Source of the DNA: Eledone cirrhosa
Lineage: Eukaryota
Assembly: GCA_964016885.1 (NCBI GenBank)
Contig: OZ024741.1
Location: 62,930,001-62,994,000 of the forward strand
DNA: 64,000 bases
Direction: 5' to 3'
The notes below the pieces were generated by a model. That model was not told the DNA's origin and made no database searches. It worked only from the letters and a program-made list of their open reading frames with translations. A program made the position numbers and the translations under genes. Shown here in pieces: positions 1 to 10,559 of this stretch (positions are counted from its first letter, which is position 1; the number at the start of each line of letters is the position of its first letter).

Positions 1-35
1 ACATCTGTCGGTGTTGATAAAAATAATAATAATAA

Positions 36-140
36 TTGTTTCTACGTTAGGCACAAGGCCAGCAATTACCCAGTTTATTACTGGTACTTTATTTTATCGA
101 CCCTCTAAGGATGAAAGGCAAAGTTAACCTCGGCGAGATT
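36..140 (-). mobile_element. 5'-truncated SINE (ATT-tailed family)
   Basis: Matches tgtttctac..ggcacaaggccagcaattacccag..tactggtactttattttatcgaccc..ggatgaaaggcaaagttaacctcggcg; (AAT)n on both sides. Confidence 0.85.
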
Positions 141-483
141 AATAATAATAATGTCAGGAAGACACTCGGCATATATCTCAGAAACAATAATGAAAGAAAA
201 TAAAAACAATTATAATAATAATAATAATAATAATAATAATGTTTTCTTTATTAACCACAAGGGTTCACATAAAGTAGACATTAAGGACAGTACAGGACAA
301 TACAGGACGGTACAAATGGGCATTTTTGCGTGTAAAAAAACAGAGGTTGAAATAAAATAACAAAGAAAAATTCCCCAATAGGGGGGAGACTTCCAAGGGA
401 CATTTGTGGAGAAAGCCCATTAAAAGACCACAGTGGCCCTGACCACCAGGGCAAGTGCCCTCTCCCAGTTTTCCACCTTTAAT

Positions 484-3400
484 TTACAGACACATACTCA
501 GAGAAGGCCCATTTATTCGGGCCATACTTGCTTCTCTCACCCATCTTTCAACAAAATGCTGGGAAGAGAGCACTTCCCTCTCTACCCTGATCTTCCTTTT
601 CAAATGAAATTTGAAAAAGTTAATCAGGGCATCACCGAAGAGGTAAGTGCTCGTCTTCAGCCCTTTCAAACGTGTCCACCATACTATCTCTTTCGCCATG
701 GCCACCAGACAGATAAAAACTGCCTGCCCTTCCAGGCTAAAGGAAGGGGGCGGGGCAATCCTCACGATGGACTCAGCTGATAGCTGGATAGGTCCTACAC
801 GTGACAGCAGGTGTTCGACAAAAACCCACAAGTCAGCAATGCTCGGACACTGGACGAGTGCGTGCAGGACGGTTTCGTCGCCCTGCGCGCATCTCGGACA
901 TGCCCGGCTGACGGCACCTCCATGCCTGTAGAGTTTATCCCGAACTGGCAAAGCTCCTCGGTAGCACTGCCAGGCCAGGGATTTCTGGAAGTTGTCCATA
1001 GGCCCCGGCCCGAAAGTCCTTCCGAAGAGATTGGCTAGTTGATTTTCGTCGACGCCTAGAGTTTCTCCAAGTACGTCGTCGCTCTTCCCCTCCACTAATC
1101 CCCTATAGAACGCCAAGGTGGAGTTTCCACCGATCACATTGCCCGATTGGTCGAGGGCTGTGAGCGCCTGAAGACATTCCAGTCTCCAAGCGCTCCCTCT
1201 CGGTCTTCGCTTGACCCAGGACTGCAGCTCCGTCAAGGAGACGAGCTGGGGAAAAACGTGTCTTGCAAACGGCGACCACACCTGATCACCGTCGAGGAAG
1301 AGGTGGAGATGTCGTAGCCTGAGCGCGTGTCTGCGCATCATCAGCCACGGCATGCCCAGCCCTCCACGTAGCGGGTGTTGACAGCAGATGGACCGCCTGA
1401 CCATCGGAGCGCGTCCCTTCCACAAGAAGCGAAAGAGCAAACGCTCCAGCGCAGTCAGGCGGGGCTTAGGACTAGGTACGACGGTCAGGCGGTAGTAGAT
1501 GACGGATGCGATGTACGCATTCGCCACCTCCGCTCGACCTTTCAGGGATAGCTTCCTCTCGGCCCATTTCTGGGTGAGAGAAGCCACCCTGCTCGTCACC
1601 TCGTCCCAGTTTTTGTCCGTCTGGAGGTCTGGACCGAACCAGACCCCTAGCAATTTAACCGGTCCGTCCGTCCAGCGCCCGACGACGCTGTTGTACGGCA
1701 TGGACCTGCCTCTCCAGGTGCCGAGCTGCAGGCCCACTGACTTTTCCTGGTTGATCATTGCTCCTGTCACCGCTTCGTATTCTCTTAGTGTAGTGCCGAT
1801 CGCCTCGATGTGTTTGGCGTTCGACACCACTACGGTGACATCGTCCGCATATGCTGACACGGATCTTCCGCATCCTAGTTCGCGCGGGACCCCCCTCAAT
1901 GTCTCCAGTTTGTGCAGTAATGGCTCGAGAGTCAATACGTACAATAGGGACGAGAGGGGACATCCTTGGCGGACCGAGCGCATGATGTTGAACGGTTCCG
2001 AAAGGTGACCGTTCACTCTCACTACAGAGCAGATGTCGCTGTGCATGGCAGCGATCCAGCCTCTGAAGACGGGCCCAAAGCCAGCCGCCCTCAGGACTGC
2101 CGCTAGGTAACGATGGTCGACCCTATCGAAGGCTTTCGACTGATCTAAATTGATCAAAGACCCACCCGTGCCAGGTTCCCTAGCTACCCTCTCTACGATG
2201 TATCGCATGAGGTGGAGGTTGTCGTGGTTGGATCTGTCGGGAATGGCGCATGTCTGTGCCTCTCCCACCAGACCACCAACGACAAGCGCCAACCTCTTTG
2301 CTAGCACCTTGGCCAAAATCTTGAACTCTGTGTTTAGCAGAGTTATGGGCCTAAAATTATCTATGTTATCCCCCTTGTTCGGATCCTTTCTCAGCAGCGC
2401 CACCGCTCCTCGGCTCACAGAGCTGGGAATTCTCCCGTTCTGTTGCCAGTTGCAGTAGACGTCCGCCAAGAGGCCTCCGAACAAGTTTGGCATTTGTACG
2501 TAAAGTTCATAGGGCAGACCATCCAAACCAGGCGATTTACCCCTTGTGCAACTAGTCATTGCATCCCGTACTTCAGCGGTTGTTATCGGCTTTTCGCAAC
2601 ACTCCGCCTCAGTGGCCGAAAGCCGCGGCAGTCCGTCGAGGTAGACACTAAAGTCCATCCCTCGATCCGGCCCGCCACTGCCCCCGAACAGTTGAGCGAA
2701 GTGTCGCTGAAAAGCTTCACACATTTGCCCGGGATCGAGTAGCATGCGCCCGTCGTGGTCCACCAAAGACCGGATCGTGTCTTTGTTGCCACGACGCGCC
2801 TCCGCCACTCGGGCCCATTGAACGGCTTTCGTCCCCTCGTGTCTGAGAGCACGCACCCTAGCTCTGACAACGCAGCCTTCGTGCTTTGCATTGAAGAATT
2901 GGTCAAGGGCCAATTTCGCCGCAAGTACGTCGGTCGCGATGCCTTTCCTAAGCGCCTCATCTAATTTTCTAACTAATTCTCCCTCTGCTCTATTTTTCTC
3001 TATTGCTAAAGTCTTACTAAACCTAATGGACTCTATTCTAATTGCTCTTTTCAGAGCAAACCACCACTTGTTGTTGACGATGGCCCCCGTCAACGCCCGC
3101 TTAACTAGTTCGCTAATCCGGTCTCTGTAGGCCTTGCGCGCTGGTAAGGACGCGTTTAACTTCCAGTAGCCGGGTCCTCGTCTATGAAGCCTATCTAAGT
3201 CAAGCACACAGATCACGAATTTGTGGTCCGTGTAGCTTAATATCTTGAATTGTGGACAGCCTATGCTAGACCTATCTATTTCCCTACAAAATACTCTATC
3301 TAGATATGATCTGGATGACCCTATGCGATTTGTCCAAGTCCACATTGGTACATTCGGGAAATCCATTCGGTACCTGTCAGACAGTTCAAAACGTCTGAGC

Positions 3401-3903
3401 AGGTTGGTGAGACTCTTGCACCCTCCTTCCCTATCCACTAATCCCACACAATCCCAGCGTGCATCTAAGATCCCGTTCCAGTCGCCCACTAACACTAAAG
3501 AGCGGGACGTTCCAAGAAAGGTCTCCAGACGCCGGAAGAAATCAGGCCGCCCTGCTCCTGTCGGGGCATAGACGGCCACTAACCTGAAAGCTTGCCCGTC
3601 TCCGCTGGTCACGTCCAGCACCACCAACTTACCTTCTGGGTCCAGGAAGATGGCCCGTATGGCAAGATCCAAACCTCTCCGAAAAAGCACAGCAACATAT
3701 CCCCCCGATCCCGGACGGCTGGGAGATGCGTACACATCGTGGCCGCCGAAGATCGGTGCGAAAGCCTGTGCTTCGGAGATTCTGGTCTCGCTGATGGCCA
3801 CTACATCTATGTTTAGTGACCTGAGGTCGTTGAGCAGGTGGCCCTGCTTCCATGACGACCCCAAGCCACGCGCATTTATGCTGCCTATTCTGAGTGAGGT
3901 CAT
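484..3903 (-). CDS. ORF2: APE endonuclease + reverse transcriptase + C-terminal CCHC zinc finger (Tx1/L1 type), intact 1139 aa
   Basis: SINARGL, ISETR, VYAP, GDWN, SYLDR, TDH (APE); GYWKLN; KSPGLDGLP, FRPITLLN, DQSKAFDRV, VRQGCPLS, AYADD (RT); CPRC..ETVLHALVQC. Confidence 0.95.
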   Translation of the reverse strand: MTSLRIGSINARGLGSSWKQGHLLNDLRSLNIDVVAISETRISEAQAFAPIFGGHDVYASPSRPGSGGYVAVLFRRGLDLAIRAIFLDPEGKLVVLDVTSGDGQAFRLVAVYAPTGAGRPDFFRRLETFLGTSRSLVLVGDWNGILDARWDCVGLVDREGGCKSLTNLLRRFELSDRYRMDFPNVPMWTWTNRIGSSRSYLDRVFCREIDRSSIGCPQFKILSYTDHKFVICVLDLDRLHRRGPGYWKLNASLPARKAYRDRISELVKRALTGAIVNNKWWFALKRAIRIESIRFSKTLAIEKNRAEGELVRKLDEALRKGIATDVLAAKLALDQFFNAKHEGCVVRARVRALRHEGTKAVQWARVAEARRGNKDTIRSLVDHDGRMLLDPGQMCEAFQRHFAQLFGGSGGPDRGMDFSVYLDGLPRLSATEAECCEKPITTAEVRDAMTSCTRGKSPGLDGLPYELYVQMPNLFGGLLADVYCNWQQNGRIPSSVSRGAVALLRKDPNKGDNIDNFRPITLLNTEFKILAKVLAKRLALVVGGLVGEAQTCAIPDRSNHDNLHLMRYIVERVAREPGTGGSLINLDQSKAFDRVDHRYLAAVLRAAGFGPVFRGWIAAMHSDICSVVRVNGHLSEPFNIMRSVRQGCPLSSLLYVLTLEPLLHKLETLRGVPRELGCGRSVSAYADDVTVVVSNAKHIEAIGTTLREYEAVTGAMINQEKSVGLQLGTWRGRSMPYNSVVGRWTDGPVKLLGVWFGPDLQTDKNWDEVTSRVASLTQKWAERKLSLKGRAEVANAYIASVIYYRLTVVPSPKPRLTALERLLFRFLWKGRAPMVRRSICCQHPLRGGLGMPWLMMRRHALRLRHLHLFLDGDQVWSPFARHVFPQLVSLTELQSWVKRRPRGSAWRLECLQALTALDQSGNVIGGNSTLAFYRGLVEGKSDDVLGETLGVDENQLANLFGRTFGPGPMDNFQKSLAWQCYRGALPVRDKLYRHGGAVSRACPRCAQGDETVLHALVQCPSIADLWVFVEHLLSRVGPIQLSAESIVRIAPPPSFSLEGQAVFICLVAMAKEIVWWTRLKGLKTSTYLFGDALINFFKFHLKRKIRVEREVLSSQHFVERWVREASMARINGPSLSMCL

Positions 3904-3937
3904 GTTGAAAAGGAGTGGAAAAGATGGGAAAGACCAC

Positions 3938-6021
3938 TTACCTTACTTCTCGTAGGGGAAGGACGGTTTTTCCATCCTTTTCACTGCTTGTGGCCTCCTC
4001 AGGAAGGATGTCCTTATAAATCCTCCTGGAGAGTGCTTGTCGGAAGTCTCCGATGTCTTTGGGGAATTTTTGTTTTAGTGTCATGTACGTTTTCTGTGTG
4101 ATGCGAGTGATTTGTATGTGTGGAGGTGGTGTGAATTTTGGGGTTGTTGTGTAGTCTTTTTCTGTGATGCTGGTGTTGTGTTGGATGTAGTACAATAATT
4201 GCTTGCTGTTCAAATTTAATTGTTTCTACTTTAGGCACAAGGCCAGCAATTACCAGTGCATTACTGGTACTTTATTTTATCGACCCCGTAAGGATGAAAG
4301 GCAAAAAATTTAATGCTGTGTAGTGTGTATCGTTTTGGTTGTTTTGTTTTGTTTGCGTTTGTTGTGGGTTTGCTTCTGTTTCGCATTTTGGTGACTTTTG
4401 TGGTGTAGGTGATGGTGGTGTTGGAGTTAATGATGGTGATGGTGTTGGTGTTTGGGTTGATGGGGTTGGTGATGCTGGTGTGGATGGTGGCATATCTGTC
4501 CTAACTTTTTTGTTTCTTAGTTTATTTGTTTCCCTCTGTATTTTGTTTTTGGAGGGGGAAGGAAGAGAATTTTTTCTTTTTTGGTTTCTTTTTTTTTTTC
4601 CGGATATCGTTTCCCACTCCTCGTCGTCACAATCTGTCTCCAGTTGTGATAGGCCGGGGAGTGGAAAATCCTCCACAGCCGTTAGTTTTGGTTGTGGTGT
4701 GGTGGATGGTGTAGGCGCTGGTGCTAGTTCTGAAGCGTTGGGTGGTGGTGGTGTTGGTTTTGCTGGTGGTGGTAGTGGTGTTGGTTTTGCTACTGTTGCT
4801 GGGGTTGTTGCTGTTATAGTTGCTTCTGTTGTTGCTGCTACAGTTGTTGCTGCCATCTCTGCTACTGGTGGTGTTGATGGTTGTGTCACTGGGGTGGGTA
4901 GGAGAGGTGGCCTCAACCTTTTAGCCTGAGGGCAGAAAGCCCTTAGGTGGGTTCCTTCACCACAAACGACACACCTAGGTCTTCTGCCCTCGACAATTAC
5001 CGTGAGGTGGCTGCCGTCAGTGAGGTCTATTACCTCTGGGATCTCCTCACTGCTTTTTTGGTCCGCTTGGATCAGGAGCTCCATCCCAGATCCGGACCAG
5101 TTTTCCTGCTTTTCTTTTGCTACTGCTATTATTTTCGTGTTGGCTTCGATGCCGGCGAGGACAGCCGCTATTAGCCAGGGAATTTCGATGGCCGGTGGAA
5201 CGTGGGTCACCCTGATCTTTACGAGTCTCTGGCCACAATAGCTTGGGACGAGTGTGAGGTCGTCACTTTTTAATGGGGCCATGGAGTGTTCTCTAGCCTC
5301 CTCTGGTGTTTCAAAGAACGCATCCACGGTTCCATACTTTTGCCCACGTCTGATGTGGGTTTTTCTTGCCCACACATGTCCCAAAGCTTTTTGGATTTGG
5401 GACTCGGATGCCCGTTCCACTCGGCGCGATTTTACATTTATTGTTCTATACGACACGGTGCACAGGCGCCGATGCTTCATTTTATTAGGTGGGGGGGGGG
5501 GTGAGGCTGACCCTGTACCCATCTTTCTTTACCATTTGTTTGGCATTTTCTAAATCTTCTTGAGTTACCGTGAACGCTTCGAATTGTTTTGCTACGATGG
5601 CGAAACTGAGGGTCGGTTTTATAATGTCATTGTTGTTGTTGTTGCTATCGTTAATATTAATTTTATTTTCAGTTGTGGTGGTGCTGACGTCAGTCGTCTT
5701 TGGTGGGGAAGAGTCCATTTTGCTTGATTTCATTTCGACGTCACGAGTTAATTTATTTTTTTCTTCTTTTGTTTCTGTTGTCGCGGTGGTGGTGGTGGTG
5801 GTGGTTGTCGCGGTGGTGGTGGTGGTGGAGGGTTTAACACCTGCAGTCATTGGTAATGGCGGGAAATGAATGTCTGCCTGAGACAAATTTAAAATATTGC
5901 TACTGCTTATATTTTTTTTTGTGTTGGCAAACGTAGTAACATTTACAATGGTGGTGTCGGTGTGAGGTGTTATTTTGTGAGGAAGGCTTTCAGCTGCTTG
6001 TTGCAGAGGTGAATTAGCCAT
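3938..6021 (-). pseudogene. ORF1 (gag-like, zinc knuckle) of the Tx1 element, split by a SINE insertion and a 1-nt homopolymer frameshift
   Basis: Starts MANSPLQQ (ATG 6021); frame change in the G/C run at ~5488-5501; CVVCGEGTHLRAFC knuckle and Pro/Thr-rich linker; removing 4221-4314 rejoins ...HYTALN-LNSKQLLYY... in frame (~662 aa). Confidence 0.8.
4221..4305 (-). mobile_element. Truncated SINE inserted in Tx1 ORF1
   Basis: Same family; 9-bp TSD aaatttaat at 4212-4220 and 4306-4314. Confidence 0.9.
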
Positions 6022-6229
6022 TTTTTTCAAAGAAATTTTTTGATAATAATAAAAGTTAAAATTTGGGGCACAAGGCCCCAATCTTTTTAGGTGTCCTTTT
6101 CGGAAAACAATGTATGTGTGCTTATAAACAGTTAACAATAAAATTTTCCATAAATGGCAATTTTTAAACAAACGGAAATAACAAACCTTTGCGGAGCTCA
6201 CGATAATACGATTTCCTACGTAGGTCGCC

Positions 6230-6284
<55 letters not shown>

Positions 6285-6286
<2 letters not shown>

Positions 6287-9200
6287 CGTAAAGAAAATAA
6301 GAATGAAGAGAGAAGCAGGCGGACGGACAGAGAAGAGGGGGGAAAAACTAAAACTTAAAAAACAAAAACTAAGTCAGACATTCGAACACTACATTACAAT
6401 GAAACTTATGCTTATTCATTTTTGGGGCCATTTCTGCCTGTGTGTTTGTTTGTCTATGTGTGTTCGTATACAGCGTGGTGATAATGCCACACAAGGGCCA
6501 AGTGGAATGGCGGATCCACAGATGGATATGTAACCATACATTCGCCAATCCTCGATAAGAGTGTTTAAATATCGAACATAAACAGTTCGAATAACGGTGA
6601 AATGGAGACTAGAACGTCATGTGACAGACTCTCACCCAACAGGTGCCCTCTGGCTCAGCAGCAGGAACCTGACTGTCAACAAAATACTGCTGATGTTGGA
6701 GGAAGGAGAAGAAGGAAAGGGGCCAGAACCAACTGGACGAAAGAATTGAATAGAACTGTTATGCAATGTTACCTGAAAAGTAACCCCAAGGAGAGGGGCT
6801 ACAGGAGACGGATGCATAACATCTGGAACGAGATTGGTTTATTTAAATTAGATGAACAAAAATTGGCCGGGCAGGCTCGGGTAATAAGAACTAATGGATG
6901 GATAGGCGAGCTGGAACTGGAGGAACTGAGCAGAGAGAATGGCTTGGAGATGGCGGGTGTAGTATGCCAGATAAGCGAGCCAGTGGGAAATGAAGGTGAA
7001 GAGGTCCTGAGAACGGAGGAACCACCCGAAGCAGACAATGATCTGAATACTGAGATAAATAATACCTGGAACAGAGATACGGCCACTGAGGAGATGAATG
7101 CTGACGGGCTAGGACAAGATTCGGTTGACATCCTAAATTTAGTGGTAGATGAATTGAACAATGATAGTGGGAGACCTATGAACCTAAGATTTGTAGACAG
7201 GAAAAAGTTAAAAGAAACAACAGCTAAGGTAAACAAAGTCTTCCCATACCTTGAGGCGAGGAGCCTTCACCAGTGCAACAATATCCTCAAAGCAACAGCA
7301 AATACGGTGAGGAAACTACTTGGTATAAAAGCGAGAGGAAACAACAGACAAGAAAGAGCAGAGCCGTGGTGGAAGAAGCGACTGAGTGGGCAAATCGGGG
7401 AAATGAGAAATGACATAGGAAAGCTTGAGTCACTACTGAATGGGACACTAAAAAACATAGGCACTAAAAATAGGCTGGAAATAAAATACAAAACTAGGAG
7501 GAAAAAGCTAAATATTATCATAGAGGAACTGAAGCAACGCATTGTAGCAAAGAGTGCAAAAATAAGGCGATACGAGAACAGAGTCAGTCAGTATAAACAG
7601 AACCGCATGTTCGACAACAACCAGAAGATGCTGTTTGGACAGCTTGAGGGGAAAGAAAGAGGCAACGACTTGATCCCTGGGGCGGAGCAAACTAAAACAT
7701 TCTGGAGAGGAATATGGGAGCAGGATGTTAGACACAATGCCCAGGCAGGGTGGATTGAGACAGTACAGAGGGAGATCGGTGAGCAGGCACAACAACAAAC
7801 TGATTTGAGTATCACAGTTGAAACTCTTAAGGGGCAGGCCAAAAAACTAACCAACTGGAAATCACCAGGCCCAGATGGTGTGCAGGGGTATTGGATTAAA
7901 CATTTAACATCCCTCCACCCGAAGCTGACGGCCATGTTCAATGACTGCTTGGTGTCGGGTGAGGTGCCAGAGTGGTTGACAAAAGGTACCACAGTTCTGA
8001 TAATGAAAGACCGAATCAAGGGTAATGATGTTACCAACTATAGACCTATCACATGTCTGTCCGTAATGTGGAAACTGTTGACGAACATTGTGTCTGAGGA
8101 AATCTACCATCACCTCCACACAAACAACTTGTTACCGGACGAACAGAAAGGATGCCGAAAGAAGTCACGTGGTACAAAGGACCAGTTACTTATTGATAAG
8201 ATGGTAATGGGGAATTGCAGGAGGAGACACACTGATCTTGCCATGGGATGGATAGACTACAAAAAGGCATTTGACATGGTGCCTCATTCCTGGATCACCA
8301 AAAGCCTGGAGATCTTCAGGGTGGCAGATAACATCAGACAGTTGCTAGGCAGGAGTATGGGGTCCTGGGAGACAGAGTTAACATCAACTGGAGTATCCTT
8401 GGGAAGCGTGAAGATCAAGAGAGGTATCTTCCAGGGAGATAGCCTGTCCCCTCTGTTGTTTGTCCTTGCCCTGATGCCCTTGACCATTATGCTGCGAAAA
8501 GTGAGAGCAGGATACAAGTTGGGAAGGGGAGAGCTTACCATCAATCACCTCCTCTTCATGGACGATCTTAAGCTCTTCGGGAAAAGTGAGAAGGAGTTGG
8601 ATGTGCTTGTTGACACTGTCCGTATTTTCAGCAGTGATATATGTATGCAGTTTGGTATTGGTAAATGTGGAGTCATTGTGATGAAGAGGGGTAGGTTGAG
8701 CAGAAGTAACGGGATCCAGATACCAACAGGTGAGATGATAAAGGAAATTGACTCTGAGGAAGGATACAAGTATTTGGGCGTTCTGGAGGCTGATGGCATA
8801 AAGAACAAAAAAATGAAGGAATTGTTAAGAACTGAATACATTCGGAGAGTAAGGAGCGTATTGAAGTCACATCTGAACAGCAGAAATGCCATAAGCGCAG
8901 TAAATTCCCGAGCTGTGTCTATTATTAGGTACAGTGCGGGAATTCTGAGATGGAATGTTGCTGAACAAAAAGAAATGGATAGGAAGACTAGGAAGCTATT
9001 GACTATCTACAACATGTTCCACAAGAGGAGTGATGTCGATAGACTCTACCTAAGGAGATCTGAGGGTGGAAGAGGTCTTATCAGCATAGAGGACTGTGTT
9101 CAGATGGAGAAAAACAACCTATACAAATACGTGACCTATAGTAAGGAGCCAATGCTCAGAACTGTACTGAAGGAGGGGACAGTAGGCCAGGGGATGTCCA

Positions 9201-10070
9201 AGGAGGAAATAACATCAAGGAGGAAGAGCAGCCTTAAGGGAAAATCCCTTCATAGTACCTTCTTTGAGAAAACTGAATTTAGAGATCCACAGACATGGAA
9301 CTGGTTGAGAAGAGGAGACCTCAAAAAGGCTACAGAAGGAATGCTAATGGCTGCGCAGGAGCAGGCCCTCAAAACGAAGTGGTTGAAGCACCATATCTAC
9401 AAGGAGGAGGCTAGCCCACTGTGCAGGATCTGTGGAGAGAGAGAGGAGACTGTGGCTCACATTGTGTCCGAGTGTAAACACCTAGCCCAGACCCACTATA
9501 AGGGCTGGAGACACGATGTGATGGGCAGGGTGATCCACTGGCACCTGTGCAAAGTAAACAATTTACCACATTCTGAGAAATGGTATGAGCATAGGCCAGA
9601 GGCGGTGATGGAGAACAATCAGGTGAAGGTGCTGTGGGATTTTAGGATACAGACGGACAAAAAACTGGAACACAATAGACCTGACCTGGTGGTTGTGGAC
9701 AAAGAAAAAAGATCGTGTCTGATTGTGGATGTGGCCTGCCCGTTCGACACGAGAGTGCAAGAGAAGGAGAGGGAGAAAATTAACCGATACCAGGACCTAA
9801 AGTGGGAGGTGAAAAGGATTTGGAACTGCCATGAAGTCAAAGTGATCCCGATTGTCATAGGCGCACTGGGGACTATCTCCAAAAGTTTCCAGGGATGGTT
9901 AAAGAAAATCGGCCCCTTCACGCTTTTTGGAACGCTTCAAAAGGCATGCTTGCTTGGAACAGCAAGAACCCTCCGATACGTCCTGAATATCTGAGGCTGC
10001 AGGTAGTGGCTTGATATTCAATCCAACGGACTTTCCAGTTAACCAACATCAATGACTGAAATTCAAGGAA
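6285..10070 (+). mobile_element. R4/Dong-clade RLE non-LTR retrotransposon, apparently full length, in (AAT)n
   Basis: Single ORF; short 3' UTR followed by (AAT)n at ~10078-10142; (AAT)n also upstream. Dong elements are known to target (TAA)n. The exact 5' boundary is uncertain. Confidence 0.85.
6602..9994 (+). CDS. Reverse transcriptase + CCHC finger + PD-(D/E)xK restriction-like endonuclease, intact 1130 aa
   Basis: NWKSPGPDG, YRPITCL, DYKKAFDMVPH, RGIFQGDSLSP, HLLFMDDLKL, CRICGEREETVAHIVSEC, RHD, RPDLVVVD..DVACP, KINRY. Confidence 0.95.
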   Translation: METRTSCDRLSPNRCPLAQQQEPDCQQNTADVGGRRRRKGARTNWTKELNRTVMQCYLKSNPKERGYRRRMHNIWNEIGLFKLDEQKLAGQARVIRTNGWIGELELEELSRENGLEMAGVVCQISEPVGNEGEEVLRTEEPPEADNDLNTEINNTWNRDTATEEMNADGLGQDSVDILNLVVDELNNDSGRPMNLRFVDRKKLKETTAKVNKVFPYLEARSLHQCNNILKATANTVRKLLGIKARGNNRQERAEPWWKKRLSGQIGEMRNDIGKLESLLNGTLKNIGTKNRLEIKYKTRRKKLNIIIEELKQRIVAKSAKIRRYENRVSQYKQNRMFDNNQKMLFGQLEGKERGNDLIPGAEQTKTFWRGIWEQDVRHNAQAGWIETVQREIGEQAQQQTDLSITVETLKGQAKKLTNWKSPGPDGVQGYWIKHLTSLHPKLTAMFNDCLVSGEVPEWLTKGTTVLIMKDRIKGNDVTNYRPITCLSVMWKLLTNIVSEEIYHHLHTNNLLPDEQKGCRKKSRGTKDQLLIDKMVMGNCRRRHTDLAMGWIDYKKAFDMVPHSWITKSLEIFRVADNIRQLLGRSMGSWETELTSTGVSLGSVKIKRGIFQGDSLSPLLFVLALMPLTIMLRKVRAGYKLGRGELTINHLLFMDDLKLFGKSEKELDVLVDTVRIFSSDICMQFGIGKCGVIVMKRGRLSRSNGIQIPTGEMIKEIDSEEGYKYLGVLEADGIKNKKMKELLRTEYIRRVRSVLKSHLNSRNAISAVNSRAVSIIRYSAGILRWNVAEQKEMDRKTRKLLTIYNMFHKRSDVDRLYLRRSEGGRGLISIEDCVQMEKNNLYKYVTYSKEPMLRTVLKEGTVGQGMSKEEITSRRKSSLKGKSLHSTFFEKTEFRDPQTWNWLRRGDLKKATEGMLMAAQEQALKTKWLKHHIYKEEASPLCRICGEREETVAHIVSECKHLAQTHYKGWRHDVMGRVIHWHLCKVNNLPHSEKWYEHRPEAVMENNQVKVLWDFRIQTDKKLEHNRPDLVVVDKEKRSCLIVDVACPFDTRVQEKEREKINRYQDLKWEVKRIWNCHEVKVIPIVIGALGTISKSFQGWLKKIGPFTLFGTLQKACLLGTARTLRYVLNI

Positions 10071-10077
10071 TAACAAC

Positions 10078-10141
<64 letters not shown>

Positions 10142-10143
<2 letters not shown>

Positions 10144-10522
10144 CCTGACCTGACTTTTGGACAAGGAAAAAAGATCGTGCCTGATTGTAGATGTAGCCTG
10201 CCCATTCGACACGAGAGTACAAGAAAAGGAGAGGGAGAAAATTAACCGATACCAGGACTTAAAGTTGGAGTTAAAAAGAATTTGGAACTGCCATGAAATC
10301 AAGGTCGCCCCGATTGTCATAGACGCACTAGGTACTATCTCAAAGAGTTTCCAAGGATGGTTAAAGAATTTTAGTCCAGCCCCGCTTTTTGTATCACTTC
10401 AAAAGCATGCTTGCTGGGAACAGCAAGAACCGTACGATACGCCCTGAATATCTGAGGCTGCAGGTAGCGGCTTGATATTCATTTTAACAACTTTTGTAGT
10501 TAAATAACATCAATGACTGAAC
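10142..10522 (+). mobile_element. 5'-truncated Dong/R4 copy (endonuclease end + 3' UTR)
   Basis: Highly similar to ~9677-10060; frameshifted; ends in (AAT)n. Confidence 0.9.
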
Positions 10523-10559
10523 AATAATAATATAATAATAATAATTTTGGTATTAATAA

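Larger units (their letters stand above)
241..6229 (-). mobile_element. Full-length Tx1/L1-clade non-LTR retrotransposon inserted in (AAT)n
   Basis: Two-ORF layout (gag-like ORF1 plus APE-RT ORF2), ~200-bp 5' UTR, ~240-bp 3' UTR; (AAT)n tracts directly at both ends (~213-240 and 6230-6284). Confidence 0.9.

Noticed and set aside
6420-6550. HDV-like ribozyme in the Dong 5' UTR
   Set aside because: Some hairpins are present (gtgga..tccac, tggcg..cgcca) but I could not assemble the nested double pseudoknot by eye; needs an Infernal/RNArobo search.
647-10320. Antisense and alternative-frame ORFs over the two LINEs
   Set aside because: No motifs; by-products of long GC-richer coding frames.
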